Source: Eledone cirrhosa
Taxonomy: Eukaryota
NCBI GenBank assembly: GCA_964016885.1
Contig: OZ024743.1
Location: 305,784,001-305,848,000 of the forward strand
Length of the DNA stretch: 64,000 bases
Direction: 5' to 3'
The translations under genes were made by a program, and so were the position numbers. The notes under the pieces were generated by a model. That model was given only the letters and a program-made list of their open reading frames with translations, ran no database searches and was not told the DNA's origin. This document shows positions 22,611 through 39,000 of this stretch, piece after piece (the first letter of the stretch is position 1; the number at the start of each line of letters is the position of its first letter).

Positions 22611-24059
22611 ATTCTTCCTCTCACTCACTTTCCAAAGATCATTCAAGAGTTTGGCATAGAGTCAAGCTCGGAAGAGCAGGTTTTAAGGATGATAGAACAG
22701 GCTGGGTGTTTACCTACTTAATGTGTTATTGTTGTAGTTTAAACTCAAATCAACTTTAATAGAGCAGATCTAATGCCAAAGGCAATAATTATCTCATTTT
22801 TTTCATATCTTGTATATCTAAAACTACATCTTCCAATGTGCTTATCATTTTTTCAACCCAATAGGATGTGATTTGAAGCTGATTTACCTGCTATTTCTTT
22901 CAAGTCGAGTTTCTACATAAAGGCTTTCCAACTGGCGTGTATATATACATATACATAGTAGGGAAACTATTGTAATGGAAAAATAATGTTTTATTGATGT
23001 TTGCAAAGTGTATACAATGTAGAGTTGAATACATGTCAGATAATGCACATAGAAATGTTATCCATAGGAGTACTGCTTACATTGTTGAGGAGTGAAGGGT
23101 AAGGAAGTTCCACTAAGTTGGTAGAAATTCTTTGTGCAAGAAACCATAAGAATTGGTTACAATTCAAGAGATGAAAGAATGTGCAAGCTATGTGATACTT
23201 GAAGACATATTTTTTTTTTATGGATGGTAGTCATTTTGTTGGTAGGAGTGGCTTTTTGGGGGCATTGCTAGCAGAATTCTTTACTTAAGTGTAGCTGCAT
23301 ATTTAGGTGTGAATAATTTCAGGTGATTTGTGCCTATGACTTTGAGGTGGATGACGGATGTGATGGAACAGGCCAAAAGAAAAGAAATAGTTTCAGTTAC
23401 ATCTGTAACTAACTGTGATCAAGTTTGAAACCCAATTATTTCCGAGAGTAGTGGAGCCCTCCGATAAGTTTGCTAACTTCTATATTGATATAATGTTCAT
23501 GAGATGAAAGAGAATATGGTATGTGAAAAGCTATGGTTAGAATTGTCTAATGATCTGATAGGTTCATAGATGGTTAAGATTTAGTAGGGACTTGGCTTGC
23601 AAATGAGAAAAAAACAAGGGTGTTTGAAGTTGCTGCATGTCAATCAAATATATTTTTCGACGGTGCTAACTATTGTGAAAAGTTAAGGATTGTGTAAGAT
23701 TGGAGTATTACACTAGCAGTAAAAATAAGGAAGAATACAAAAGCCAAGAAGAGTCATGAACTTTCAAGTGACCAACTGAGGTGTAAAGTGAGATAAAAAT
23801 CCTTGATATAAGATAAGAAATGACTGATGAATTCAAGGACTAGTAGAGACAGCAGTTATATTTCAAAGAGTGTGGACAATGGGATTTGAGCTAAAGATAC
23901 ATGAAGTCATGTAATATCTAGATTAGAAAGGAAAGTTGCAAGGAGTGTAATATTTGAATACGCACAAACACAATCTCTTAGGGTAAAATTATAGTACACT
24001 ATACAGACTAGACAACTGGGTAGAATATATATACTACAGACAATAGTGATGAGCTATGT

Positions 24060-27000
24060 CAATAGGTATATTATATATATATACCCGAGATAGCAGAGAT
24101 GGTCTATATAGGTACAGTATATATACCCGAGATAGCAGAGATGGTCTATATCTCTAGGTACAGTATATAAACCCTACAGAACAGAGATGTCTATATCTCT
24201 AGGTACAGTATATATACCTTAGAGAACAGAGATGGTCTATATTTCTAGGTACAGTATATATAACCTAGAGAACACAAATGGTCTATATGTCTAGGTACAG
24301 TATATATACCCTAGAGAACAGAGATGGTCTATATCTCTAGGTACCGTATATATACCTTAGAGAACAGAGATGGTCTATATCTCTAGGTACAGTATATATA
24401 CCCTAGAGAACAGAGATGGTCTATATCTCTAGGTACAGTATATATACCATAGAGAACTGATATGGTCTATATGTCTAGGTACAGTATATATACCCTAGAG
24501 AACAGGGATGTTCTATATCTCTAGGTACAGTATATTATACCCTAGAGAACAGAGATGGTCTATGTTTCTAGGTACAGTATATATACCCTAGGGAACAGAG
24601 ATGGTCTATATGTCTAGGTACAGTATATATACCCTAGAGAACAGAGATGGTCTATATCTCTAAGTACAGTATATATACCTTAGAGAACAGAGATGGTCTA
24701 TATCTCTAGGTACAGTATATATACCCTAGAGAACAGAGATGGTCTATATCTCTAGGTACAGTATATATACCATAGAGAACAGATATGGTCTATATGTCTA
24801 GGTACAGTATATATACCCTAGAGAACAGGGATGTTCTATATCTCTAGGTACAGTATATTATACCCTAGAGAACAGAGATGGTCTATATCTCTAGGTACAC
24901 TATATATACCCTAGAGAACAGAGATGGTCTATATGTCTAGGTACAGTATATATACCCTAGAGAACAGAGATGGTCTATATCTCTAGGTACAGTATATATA
25001 CCTTAGAGAACAGAGATGTCTATATGTCTAGGTACAGTATATATACCCTAGAGAACAGAGATGGTCTATATCTCTAGGTACAGTATATATACCCTAGAGA
25101 ACAGAGATGGTCTATATCTCTAGGTACAGAATATATACCTTAGAGAACAGAGATGGTCTATATCTCTAGGTACAGTATATATACCCTAGAGAACAGAGAT
25201 GGTCTATATCTCTAGGCACAGTATATATACCCCAGAGAACAGAGATGGTCTATATGTAGGTACAGTATATATACCCTAGAGAACAGAGATGGTCTATATA
25301 TAGGTACAGTATATATACCTTAGAGAACAGAGATAGTCTATATCTCTAGGTACACTATATATACCTTAGAGAACAGAGATGTCTATATAGGTACAGCATA
25401 TATACCTTAGAGAACAGAGATGGTCTATATCTCTAGGTACAGTATATATACCCTAGAGAACAGAGATGGTCTATATCTCTAGGTACAGTATATATACCCT
25501 AGAGAACAGAGATGGTCTATAGCTCTAGGTACAGTATATATACCCTAGAGAACAGAGATGGTCTATATGTCTAGGTACACTGTATATATACCTTAGAGAA
25601 CAGAGATGGTCTATATGTCTAGGTACAGTATATATACCTTGGAGAACAGGGATGGTCTAAATCTCTAGGTACAGTATATATAGCTTAGACAACAGAGATG
25701 TCTATATCTTTAGGTACACTATATATACCTTAGAGAACAGAGATGGTCTATATCTCTAGGTACAGTATATATACCTTAGAGAACAGAGATAGTCTATATC
25801 TCTAGGTACAGTATATATACCAGAGAGAACAGAGATGGTCTATATGTCTGGGTACAATATATATACCTTAAAGAAGAGAGATGGTCTATATCTCTAGGTA
25901 CAGTATATATACCATAGAGAACAGAGATGGTCTATATCTCTAGGTACAGTATATATACCTTAGCAAACAGAGATGGTCTATATCTCTGGTACAGTATATA
26001 TACCCTAGAGAACTGAGATGGTCTATATGTCAAGTACAGTATATATACCCTAGAGAACAGAGATGGTCTATATCTCTAGGTACACTACATATACCCTAGA
26101 GAACAGAGATGGTCTATATCTCTAGATACAGTATATATACCATAGAGAACAGAGATGGTCTATATGTCTGGGTACAATATATATACCTTAAAGAAGAGAG
26201 ATGGTCTATATCTCTAGGTACAGTATATATACCCTAGAGAACAGAGATGTCTATATCTCTAGGTACAGTATATATACTTGAGAGAACAGATATGGTCTAT
26301 ATGGGTACGTACAGTATGTACCTTAGAGAACAGAGATGGTCTATATCTCTAGGTACACTATATATTCCTTAGAGAACAGAGATGGTCTATATCTCTATGT
26401 ACACTATATATACCTTAGCAAACAGAGATGTCTATATCTCTAGGTACAGTATATATACCCTAGAGAACAGAGATGGTCTATATGTCTAGGTAGAGTATAT
26501 ATACCATAGAGAACAGAGATGGTCCAAATCTCTAGGTACAGTATATATACCCTAGAGAACAGAGATGGTCTATATCTCTAGGTACAGTATATATACCCTT
26601 GAGAACAGAGTTGTCTATATGTGTAGGTATAATATATATACCTTAGAGAACAGAGATGTCAATATATCTAGGTACAGCATATATACCTTAAAGAACAGAG
26701 ATAGTCTATATGTCTAGGTACACTATATATACCTTAAAGAACAGAGATGGTATATATCTCTAGGTACAGTATATATACCCTAGAGAACAGAGATGGTCTA
26801 TATCTCTAGGTACAGTATATATACCCTAGAGAACAGAGATGGTCTATATCTCTAGGTACAGTATATATACCCCAGAGACCAGAGATGGTCTATATGTAGG
26901 TACAGTATATATACCCTAGAGAACAGAGATGGTCTATATATAGGTACAGTATATATACCTTAGAGAACAGAGATGTCTATATAGGTACAGTATATATACC

Positions 27001-30000
27001 TTAAAGAACAGAGAGGGTCTATATCTCTGGGTACAGTATATATACCCTAGAGAACAGAGATGGTCTATATGTCTAGGTACAGTATATATACCCTAGAGAA
27101 CAGAGATGGTCTATATCTCTAGGTACAGTATATATACCCTAGAGAACAGAGATGGTCTATATCTCTAGGTAGTGTATATAAACCCTAGACAACAGACATG
27201 GTCTATATCTCTACGTACATTATATATACCTTAGAGAACAGAGATGTCTATATGTCTATATACAGTATATATACCCTAGAGAACAGAGATGGTCTATATG
27301 TCTAGGTACAGTATATAAACCTTAGAGAACAGAGATAGTCTATATCTCTAGGTACAGTATATATACCCTAGAGAACAGAGATGGTCTATATGTCCAGGTA
27401 CAGTATATATACCTTAGAGAACAGAGATAGTCTATATCTCTAGGTACAGTATATATACCTTAGAGAACAGAGATGGTCTATATCTCTAGGTACAGTATAT
27501 ATACCCTAGAGAACAGAGATGGTCTATATCTCTAGCTACAGTATATATACCATAGAGAACAGAGATGGTCTATATCTCTAGGTACAGTATATATACCTTA
27601 GAGAACAGAGAATGGTCTATATCTCTAGGTACAGTATATATACCTTAGAGAACAGAGATGGTCTATAGCTCTAGGTACAGTATATATACCTTAGAGAACA
27701 GAGATGGTCTATATCTCTAGGTACAGTATATATACCCTAGAGAACAGAGATGGTCTATATTTCTAGGTACAGTATATATACCATAGAAAACAGAGATGGT
27801 CGATATGTCTACGTACAGTATATATACCCTAGAGAACAGAGATGGTCTATATGTAGGTACAGTATATATACCTTAGAGAACAGAGATGGTCTATATCTCT
27901 AGGTACAGTATATTATACCCGAGAGAACAGAGATGGTCTATATGTCTAGGTACAGTATATATACCCTAGAGAATAGAGATGTTTATATCTCTAGGTACAG
28001 TATATATATCTTAGAGAACAGAGATGTCTATATCTCTAGGTACACTATATATACCCTAGAGAAGAGAGATGGTCTATATCTCTAGTTACAGTATATATAC
28101 CCTAGAGAACAGAGATGGTTTATATCTCTAGGTACAGTATATATACCCTAGAGAACAGAGATGGTCTATATCTCTAGGTACAGTATATATACCTTAGAAA
28201 ATAGAGATGGTCTATATGTAGGTACAGTATATATACCCTAGAGAACAGCGATGGTCTATATATAGGTACGGTATATATACCTTAGAGAAAAGAGATAGTC
28301 TATATCTCTAGGTACACTATATATACATTAGAGAACAGAGATGTCTATATAGGTACAGTATATATACCTCAGAGAACAGAGATGGTCTATATCTCTAGGT
28401 ACAGTATATATACCCTAGAGAACAGAGATGGTCTATATCTCTAGGTACAGTATATATACCCTAGAGAACTGAGATGCTCTATATCTCCAGGTACACTATA
28501 TATACATTAGAGAACAGAGATGTATATATGTCTAGGTACAGTATATATACCCTAGAGTACAGAGATGGTCTTTATGTTTAGGTACAGTATATATACCTGA
28601 GACAACAGAGATGTCTATATCTCTAGGTACAGTATATATGCCTTAGACAACAGATATGGTCTATATGGGTACGTACAGTATGTACCTTAGAGAACAGAGA
28701 TGGTCTATATCTCTAGGTACACTATATATTCCTTAGAGAACAGAGATGGTCTATATCTCTAGGTACACTATATATACCTTAGAGAACAGAGATAGTCTAT
28801 ATCTCTAGGTACATTATATATACCCTAGAGAACAGAGATGGTCTATATGTCTAGGTAGAGTATATATACCCTAGAGAACAGAGATGGTCCAAATCTCTAG
28901 GTACATTATATATACCCTAGACAACAGAGATGGTCTATATGTCTAGGTATACCCTAGAGAATAGAGATGGTCTATATCTCTAGGTACAGTATATATACCT
29001 TAAAGAACAGAGATAGTCTATATGTCTAGGTACACTATATATACCTTAAAGAACAGAGATGGTATATATCTCTAGGTACAGTATATATACCCTAGAGAAC
29101 AGCGATGGTCTATATCTCTAGGTACAGTATATATACCCTAGAGAACAGAGATGGTCTATATCTCTAGGTACAGTATATATACCTTAGAGAACAGAGATGG
29201 TCTATATCTCTAGGTACAGTATATATACCCTAGAGAACAGAGATGGTCTATATCTCTATGTACAGTATATATACCCCAGAGAACAGAGATGGTCTATATG
29301 TAGGTACAGTATATATACCCTAGAGAACAGAGATGGTCTATAAATAGGTACAGTATATATACCTTAGAGAACAGAGATGTCTATATAGGTACAGTATATA
29401 TACCCTAGAGAACAGAGATGGTCTATATCTCTAGGTAGAGTATATATACCCCAGAGAACAGAGATGGTCTATATGTCTAGGTACAATATATATACCTTAA
29501 AGAAGAGAGATGGTCTATATCTCTAGGTACAGTATATATACCTTAGAGAACAGAGACAGTCTATATCTCTAGGTACAATATATATACCCTAGAGAACAGA
29601 GATGGTCTATATGTCTAGGTACAGTATATATACCTTAGAGAACAGAGATGGTCTATATCTCTAGGTACAGTATATATACCCTAGAGAACAGAGATGGTCT
29701 ATATCTCTAGGTACAGTATATATACCCCAGAGAACAGAGATGGTCTATATGTAGGTACAGTATATATACCCTAGAGAACAGAGATGGTCTATAAATAGGT
29801 ACAGTATATATACCTTAGAGAACAGAGATGTCTATATAGGTACAGTATATATACCTTAAAGAACAGAGATGGTCTATATGTCTAGGTACAGTATATATAG
29901 CTTAGAGAACAGAGATGGTCTATATGTCTAGGTACAGTATATATACCCTAGAGAACAGAGATGGTCTATATCTCTAGGTACAGTATATATACCTTAGCAA

Positions 30001-33000
30001 ACAGAGATGTCTATATCTCTAGGTACAGTATATATACCCTAGAGAATAGAGATGGTCTATATGTCTAGGTAGAGTATATATACCCCAGAGAACAGAGATG
30101 GTCTATATGTCTAGGTACAATATATATACCTTAAAGAAGAGAGATGGTCTATATCTCTAGGTACAGTATATATACCTTAAAGAACAGAGATGGTCTATAT
30201 GTCTAGGTACAGTATATATAGCTTAGAGAACAGAGATGGTCTATATGTCTAGGTACAGTATATATACCCTAGAGAACAGAGATGGTCTATATCTCTAGGT
30301 ACCGTATATATACCTTAGCAAACAGAGATGTCTATATCTCTAGGTACAGTATATATACCCTAGAGAATAGAGATGGTCTATATGTCTAGGTAGAGTATAT
30401 ATACCCCAGAGAACAGAGATGGTCTATATGTCTAGGTACAATATATATACCTTAAAGAAGAGAGATGGTCTATATCTCTAGGTACAGTATATATACCTTA
30501 GAGAACAGAGACAGTCTATATCTCTAGGTACAATATATATACCCTAGAGAACAGAGATGGTCTATATGTCTAGGTACAGTATATATACCTTAGAGAACAG
30601 AGATGGTCTATATCTCTAGGTACACTATATATACCTTAGAGAACAGAGATGGTCTATATCTCTAGATACACTATATATACCTTAGAGAACAGAGATGGTC
30701 TATATCTCTAGGTACAGTATATATACCTTAGAGAACAGAGATGGTCTATATCTCTAGGTACAGTATATATACCTTTGAGAACAGAGATGGTCTATATCTC
30801 TAGGTACAGTATATATACCTTACAGAACAGAGGTGGTCTATATCTCTAGGTACAGTATATATACCTTAGCGAACAGAGATGGTCTATATCTCTATGTACA
30901 GTATATATAGCCTAGAGAATAGAGATGTCTATATCTCTAGGTACAGTATATATACCCTAGAGAACAGAGATGGTCTATATGTCTAGGTACAGTATATGTA
31001 CCCTAGAGAACAGAGATGGTCTATATGTCTAGGTACAGTATATATACCCTAGAGAACAGAGATGGTCTATATCTCTAGGTACAGTATATATACCCTAGAG
31101 AACAGAGATGGTCTATATCTCTAGGTACAGTATATATACCATAGAGAACAGAGATGGTCTATATGTCTAGGTACAATATATATACCTTAATGAAGATAGA
31201 TGGTCTATATCTCTAGGTACAGTATATATACCCTAGAGAACAGAGATGTCTATATCTCTAGGTACAGTATATATACTTGAGGGAACAGATATGGTCTATA
31301 TGGGTACGTACAGTATATACCTCAGAGAACAGAGATGGTCTATATCTCTAGGTACACTATATATTCCTTAGAGAACAGAGATGGTCTATATTTCTAGGTA
31401 CACTATATATACCTTAGAGAACAGAGATGGTCTATATCTCTAGGTACAGTATATATATCTTAGAGACAGAGATAATCTATATCTCTAGGTACAGTATATA
31501 TACCAGAGAGAACAGAGATGGTCTATATCTCTAGGTACAGTATATATACCCTAGAGAACAGAGATGGTCTATATGTCAAGGTACAGTATATATACCCTAG
31601 AGAACAGAGATGGTCTATATCTCTAGGTACACTACATATACGCTAGAGAACAGAGATGGTCTATATCTCTAGGTACAGTATATATACCATAGAGAACAGA
31701 GATGGTCTATATGTCTAGGTACAATATATATACCTTAAAGAAGAGAGATGGTCTATATCTCTAGGTACAGTATATATACCCTAGAGAACAGAGATGTCTA
31801 TATCTCTAGGTACAGTATATATACTTGAGAGAACAGATATTGTCTATATGGGTACGTACAGTATATACCTTAGAGAAAAGAGATGGTCTATATCTCTAGG
31901 TACACTATATATTCCTTAGAGAACAGAGATGGTCTATATCTCTAGGTACATTATATATACCTTAGCAAACAGAGATGGTCTATATCTCTAGGTACAGTAT
32001 ATATAGCCTAGAGAACAGAGATGTCTATATCTCTAGTTACAGTATATATACCCTAGAGAACAGAGATGGTCTACATGTCTAGATACAATATATATACCTT
32101 AAAGAAGAGAGATGGTCTATATCTCTAGGTACAGTATATATACCCTAGAGAACAGAGATAGTCTATATGTCTAGGTACAGTATATATACCCTAGAGAACA
32201 GAGATTGTCTATATGTCTAGATACCGTATATATACCTTAGAGAACAGAGATAGTCTATATCTCTAGGTACAGTATATATACCCTAGAGAACAGAGATAGT
32301 CTATATCTCTAGGTACAGTTTATATACCTTTGAGAACAGAGATGGTCTATATCTCTAGGTACAGTATATATACCTTAGAGAGGAGAGATGGTCTATATCT
32401 CTAGGTACAGTATATATACCTTAGAGAACAGAGGTGGTCTATATCTCTAGGTACAGTATATATACCTTAGCGAACAGAGATGGTCTATATCTCTATGTAC
32501 AGTATATATAGCCTAGAGAATAGAGATGTCTATATCTCTTGGTACAGTATATATACCCTATAGAACAGAGATGGTCTATATGTCTAGGTACAGTATATAT
32601 ACCCTAGAGAACAGAGATGGTCTATATCTCTAGGTACAGTATATATACCCAAGAGAACAGAGATGGTCTATATGTCTAGGTACAGTATATATACCCTAGA
32701 GAACAGAGATGGTCTATATCTCTAGGTACAGTATATATACCCAAGAGAACAGAGATGGTCTATATCTCTAGGTACAGTATATATTCCCTAGGGAACAGAG
32801 ATGGTCTATATCTCTAGGTACAGTATATATACCTTAAAGAAGATAGATGGTCTATATCTCTAGGTACAGTATATATACCCTAGAGAACAGAGATGTCGAT
32901 ATCTCTAGGTACAGTATATATACTTGAGAGAACAGATATGGTCTATATGGGTACGTACAGTATATACCTTAGAGAACAGAGATGGTCTATATCTCTAGGT

Positions 33001-36000
33001 ACACTATATATTCCTTAGAGAACAGAGATGGTCTATATTTCTAGGTACACTATATATACCTTAGAGAACAGAGATGGTCTATATCTCTAGGTACAGTATA
33101 TATATCTTAGAGACATAGATAGTCTATATCTCTAGGTACAGTATATATACCAGAGAGAACAGAGATGGTCTATATCTCTAGGTACAGTATATATACCCTA
33201 GAGAACAGAGATGTCTATATCTCTAGGTACAGTGTATATACTTGAGAGAACAGATATGGTCTATATGGGTACATACAGTATATACCTTAGAGAACAGAGA
33301 TGGTCTATATCTCTATGTACACTATATATTCCTTAGAGAACAGAGACGGTCTATATCTCTAGGTACAGTATATATACCTTAGCAAACAGAGATGGTCTAT
33401 ATCTCTAGGTACAGTATATATAGCCTAGAGAACAGAGATGTCTATATCTCTAGGTACAGTATATATACCCTAGACAACAGAGATGGTCTACATGTCTAGG
33501 TACAATATATATACCTTAAAGAAGAGAGATGGTCTATATCTCTAGGTACAGTTTATATACCTTTGAGAACAGAGATGGTCTATATCTCTAGGTACAGTAT
33601 ATATACCCTAGAGAAGAGAGATGGTCTATATCTCTAGGTACAGTATATATACCCTAGAGAACAGAGATGGTCTATATGTCTAGATACAGTATATATACCT
33701 TAGAGAACAGAGATAGTCTATATCTCTAGGTACAGTATATATACCCTAGAGAACAGAGATAGTCTATATCTCTAGGTACAGTTTATATACCTTTGAGAAC
33801 AGAGATGGTCTATATCTCTAGGTACAGTATATATACCCTAGAGAAGAGAGATGGTCTATATCTCTAGGTACAGTATATATACCCTAGAGAACAGAGATGG
33901 TCTATATCTCTAGGCACAGTATATATACCCTAGAAAACAGAGATGGTCTATATGTCTAAGTAGAGTATATATACCCTAGAGAACAGTGATGGTCTATATC
34001 TCTAGGTACAGTATATATACCCTAGAGAACAGAGATGGTCTATATCTCTAGATAGAGTATATATACCCTAGAGAACAGATTTGGTCTATATCTCTAGGTA
34101 CAGTATATATACGTTAGAGAACAGAGATGTCTATATGTCTAGGTACAATATATATACCCTAGAGAACAGAGATGATCTATATCTCTAGGTACACTATATA
34201 TACCCTAGAGAACAGTGATGGTCTATATCTCTAGGTATTTTATATATAACTTAGAGAACAGAGATGGTCTATATAGGAACAATATATATACCCTAGAGAA
34301 CAGAGATAGTCTATATCTCTAGGTACAGTATATATACCCTAGAGAACAGATATGGTCTATATCTCTAGGTATATTTTATATACCTTAGAGAACAGAGATG
34401 GTCTATATCTCTAGGTACACTATATATACCTTAGAGAACAGAGATGGTCTATATCTCTAGGTACAGTATATATACCTTAGAGAACAGAGATAGTCTATAT
34501 CTCTAGGTACAGTTTATATACCTGTGAGAACAGAGATGGTCTATATCTCTAGGTACAGTATATATACCTTAGAGAACAGAGGTGGTCTATATCGCTAGGT
34601 ACAGTATATATACCTTAGCGAACAGAAATGGTCTATATCTCTAGGTACAGTATATATAGCCTAGAGAATCGAGATGTCTATATCTCTAGGCACAGTATAT
34701 ATATACCCTAGAAAACAGAGATGGTCTATATGTCTAAGTACAGTATATATACCCTAGAGAACAGTGATGGTCTATATCTCTAGGTACAGTATATATACCC
34801 TAGAGAACAGAGATGGTCTATATCTCTAGATAGAGTATATATACCCTAGAGAACAGATTTGGTCTATATATCTAGGTACAGTATATATACCTGAGAGAAC
34901 AGAGATAGTCTATATCTCTAGGTACGGTATATATACCTTAGAGAACAGAGATGTCTATATGTCTAGGTACAATATATATACCCTAGAGAACAGAGATGAT
35001 CTATATCTCTAGGTACACTATATATACCCTAGAGAACAGAGATGGTCTATATCTCTAGGTACAGTATATATACCCCAGAGAACAGAGATGGTCTATATGT
35101 AGGTACAGTATATATACCCTAGAGAACAGAGATGGTCTATAAATAGGTACAGTATATATACCTTAGAGAACAGAGATGTCTATATAGGTACAGTATATAT
35201 ACCCTAGAGAACAGAGATGGTCTATATCTCTAGGTAGAGTATATATACCCCAGAGAACAGAGATGGTCTATATGTCTAGGTACAATATATATACCTTAAA
35301 GAAGAGAGATGGACTATATCTCTAGGTACAGTATATATACCTTAGAGAACAGAGACAGTCTATATCTCTAGGTACAATATATATACCCTAGAGAACAGAG
35401 ATGGTCTATATGTCTAGGTACAGTATATATACCTTAGAGAACAGAGATGGTCTATATCTCTAGGTACAGTATATATACCCTAGAGAACAGAGATGGTCTA
35501 TATCTCTAGGTACAGTATATATACCCCAGAGAACAGAGATGGTCTATATGTAGGTACAGTATATATACCCTAGAGAACAGAGATGGTCTATAAATAGGTA
35601 CAGTATATATACCTTAGAGAACAGAGATGTCTATATAGGTACAGTATATATACCTTAAAGAACAGAGATGGTCTATATGTCTAGGTACAGTATATATAGC
35701 TTAGAGAACAGAGATGGTCTATATGTCTAGGTACAGTATATATACCCTAGAGAACAGAGATGGTCTATATCTCTAGGTACAGTATATATACCTTAGCAAA
35801 CAGAGATGTCTATATCTCTAGGTACAGTATATATACCCTAGAGAATAGAGATGGTCTATATGTCTAGGTAGAGTATATATACCCCAGAGAACAGAGATGG
35901 TCTATATGTCTAGGTACAATATATATACCTTAAAGAAGAGAGATGGTCTATATCTCTAGGTACAGTATATATCCCTTAAAGAACAGAGATGGTCTATATG

Positions 36001-39000
36001 TCTAGGTACAGTATATATAGCTTAGAGAACAGAGATGGTCTATATGTCTAGGTACAGTATATATACCCTAGAGAACAGAGATGGTCTATATCTCTAGGTA
36101 CCGTATATATACCTTAGCAAACAGAGATGTCTATATCTCTAGGTACAGTATATATACCCTAGAGAATAGAGATGGTCTATATGTCTAGGTAGAGTATATA
36201 TACCCCAGAGAACAGAGATGGTCTATATGTCTAGGTACAATATATATACCTTAAAGAAGAGAGATGGTCTATATCTCTAGGTACAGTATATATACCTTAG
36301 AGAACAGAGACAGTCTATATCTCTAGGTACAATATATATACCCTAGAGAACAGAGATGGTCTATATGTCTAGGTACAGTATATATACCTTAGAGAACAGA
36401 GATGGTCTATATCTCTAGGTACACTATATATACCTTAGAGAACAGAGATGGTCTATATCTCTAGGTACAGTATATATACCTTAGAGAACAGAGATGGTCT
36501 ATATCTCTAGGTACAGTATATATACCTTAGAGAACAGAGATGGTCTATATCTCTAGGTACAGTATATATACCTTTGAGAACAGAGATGGTCTATATCTCT
36601 AGGTACAGTATATATACCTTACAGAACAGAGGTGGTCTATATCTCTAGGTACAGTATATATACCTTAGCGAACAGAGATGGTCTATATCTCTATGTACAG
36701 TATATATAGCCTAGAGAATAGAGATGTCTATATCTCTAGGTACAGTATATATACCCTAGAGAACAGAGATGGTCTATATGTCTAGGTACAGTATATGTAC
36801 CCTAGAGAACAGAGATGGTCTATATGTCTAGGTACAGTATATATACCCTAGAGAACAGAGATGGTCTATATCTCTAGGTACAGTATATATACCCTAGAGA
36901 ACAGAGATGGTCTATATCTCTAGGTACAGTATATATACCATAGAGAACAGAGATGGTCTATATGTCTAGGTACAATATATATACCTTAATGAAGATAGAT
37001 GGTCTATATCTCTAGGTACAGTATATATACCCTAGAGAACAGAGATGTCTATATCTCTAGGTACAGTATATATACTTGAGAGAACAGATATGGTCTATAT
37101 GGGTACGTACAGTATATACCTCAGAGAACAGAGATGGTCTATATCTCTAGGTACACTATATATTCCTTAGAGAACAGAGATGGTCTATATTTCTAGGTAC
37201 ACTATATATACCTTAGAGAACAGAGATGGTCTATATCTCTAGGTACAGTATATATATCTTAGAGACAGAGATAATCTATATCTCTAGGTACAGTATATAT
37301 ACCAGAGAGAACAGAGATGGTCTATATCTCTAGGTACAGTATATATACCCTAGAGAACAGAGATGGTCTATATGTCAAGGTACAGTATATATACCCTAGA
37401 GAACAGAGATGGTCTATATCTCTAGGTACACTACATATACCCTAGAGAACAGAGATGGTCTATATCTCTAGGTACAGTATATATACCATAGAGAACAGAG
37501 ATGGTCTATATGTCTAGGTACAATATATATACCTTAAAGAAGAGAGATGGTCTATATCTCTAGGTACAGTATATATACCCTAGAGAACAGAGATGTCTAT
37601 ATCTCTAGGTACAGTATATATACTTGAGAGAACAGATATGGTCTATATGGGTACGTACAGTATATACCTTAGAGAACAGAGATGGTCTATATCTCTAGGT
37701 ACACTATATATTCCTTAGAGAACAGAGATGGTCTATATCTCTAGGTACATTATATATACCTTAGCAAACAGAGATGGTCTATATCTCTAGGTACAGTATA
37801 TATAGCCTAGAGAACAGAGATGTCTATATCTCTAGTTACAGTATATATACCCTAGAGAACAGAGATGGTCTACATGTCTAGGTACAATATATATACCTTA
37901 AAGAAGAGAGATGGTCTATATCTCTAGGTACAGTATATATACCCTAGAGAACAGAGATAGTCTATATGTCTAGGTACAGTATATATACCCTAGAGAACAG
38001 AGATTGTCTATATGTCTAGATACCGTATATATACCTTAGAGAACAGAGATAGTCTATATCTCTAGGTACAGTATATATACCCTAGAGAACAGAGATAGTC
38101 TATATCTCTAGGTACAGTTTATATACCTTTGAGAACAGAGATGGTCTATATCTCTAGGTACAGTATATATACCTTAGAGAACAGAGATGGTCTATATCTC
38201 TAGGTACAGTATATATACCTTAGAGAACAGAGGTGGTCTATATCTCTAGGTACAGTATATATACCTTAGCGAACAGAGATGGTCTATATCTCTATGTACA
38301 GTATATATAGCCTAGAGAATAGAGATGTCTATATCTCTTGGTACAGTATATATACCCTATAGAACAGAGATGGTCTATATGTCTAGGTACAGTATATATA
38401 CCCAAGAGAACAGAGATGGTCTATATGTCTAGGTACAGTATATATACCCTAGAGAACAGAGATGGTCTATATCTCTAGGTACAGTATATATTCCCTAGGG
38501 AACAGAGATGGTCTATATCTCTAGGTACAGTATATATACCTTAAAGAAGATAGATGGTCTATATCTCTAGGTACAGTATATATACCCTAGAGAACAGAGA
38601 TGTCGATATCTCTAGGTACAGTATATATACTTGAGAGAACAGATATGGTCTATATGGGTACGTACAGTATATACCTTAGAGAACAGAGATGGTCTATATC
38701 CCTAGGTACACTATATATTCCTTAGAGAACAGAGATGGTCTATATTTCTAGGTACACTATATATACCTTAGAGAACAGAGATGGTCTATATCTCTAGGTA
38801 CAGTATATATATCTTAGAGACATAGATAGTCTATATCTCTAGGTACAGTATATATACCAGAGAGAACAGAGATGGTCTATATCTCTAGGTACAGTATATA
38901 TACCCTAGAGAACAGAGATGTCTATATCTCTAGGTACAGTGTATATACTTGAGAGAACAGATATGGTCTATATGGGTACGTACAGTATATACCTTAGAGA

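Noticed and set aside
22960-23950. Possible old retroelement or further exons
   Set aside because: I could not read a convincing protein motif or splice-bounded MAM continuation by eye.
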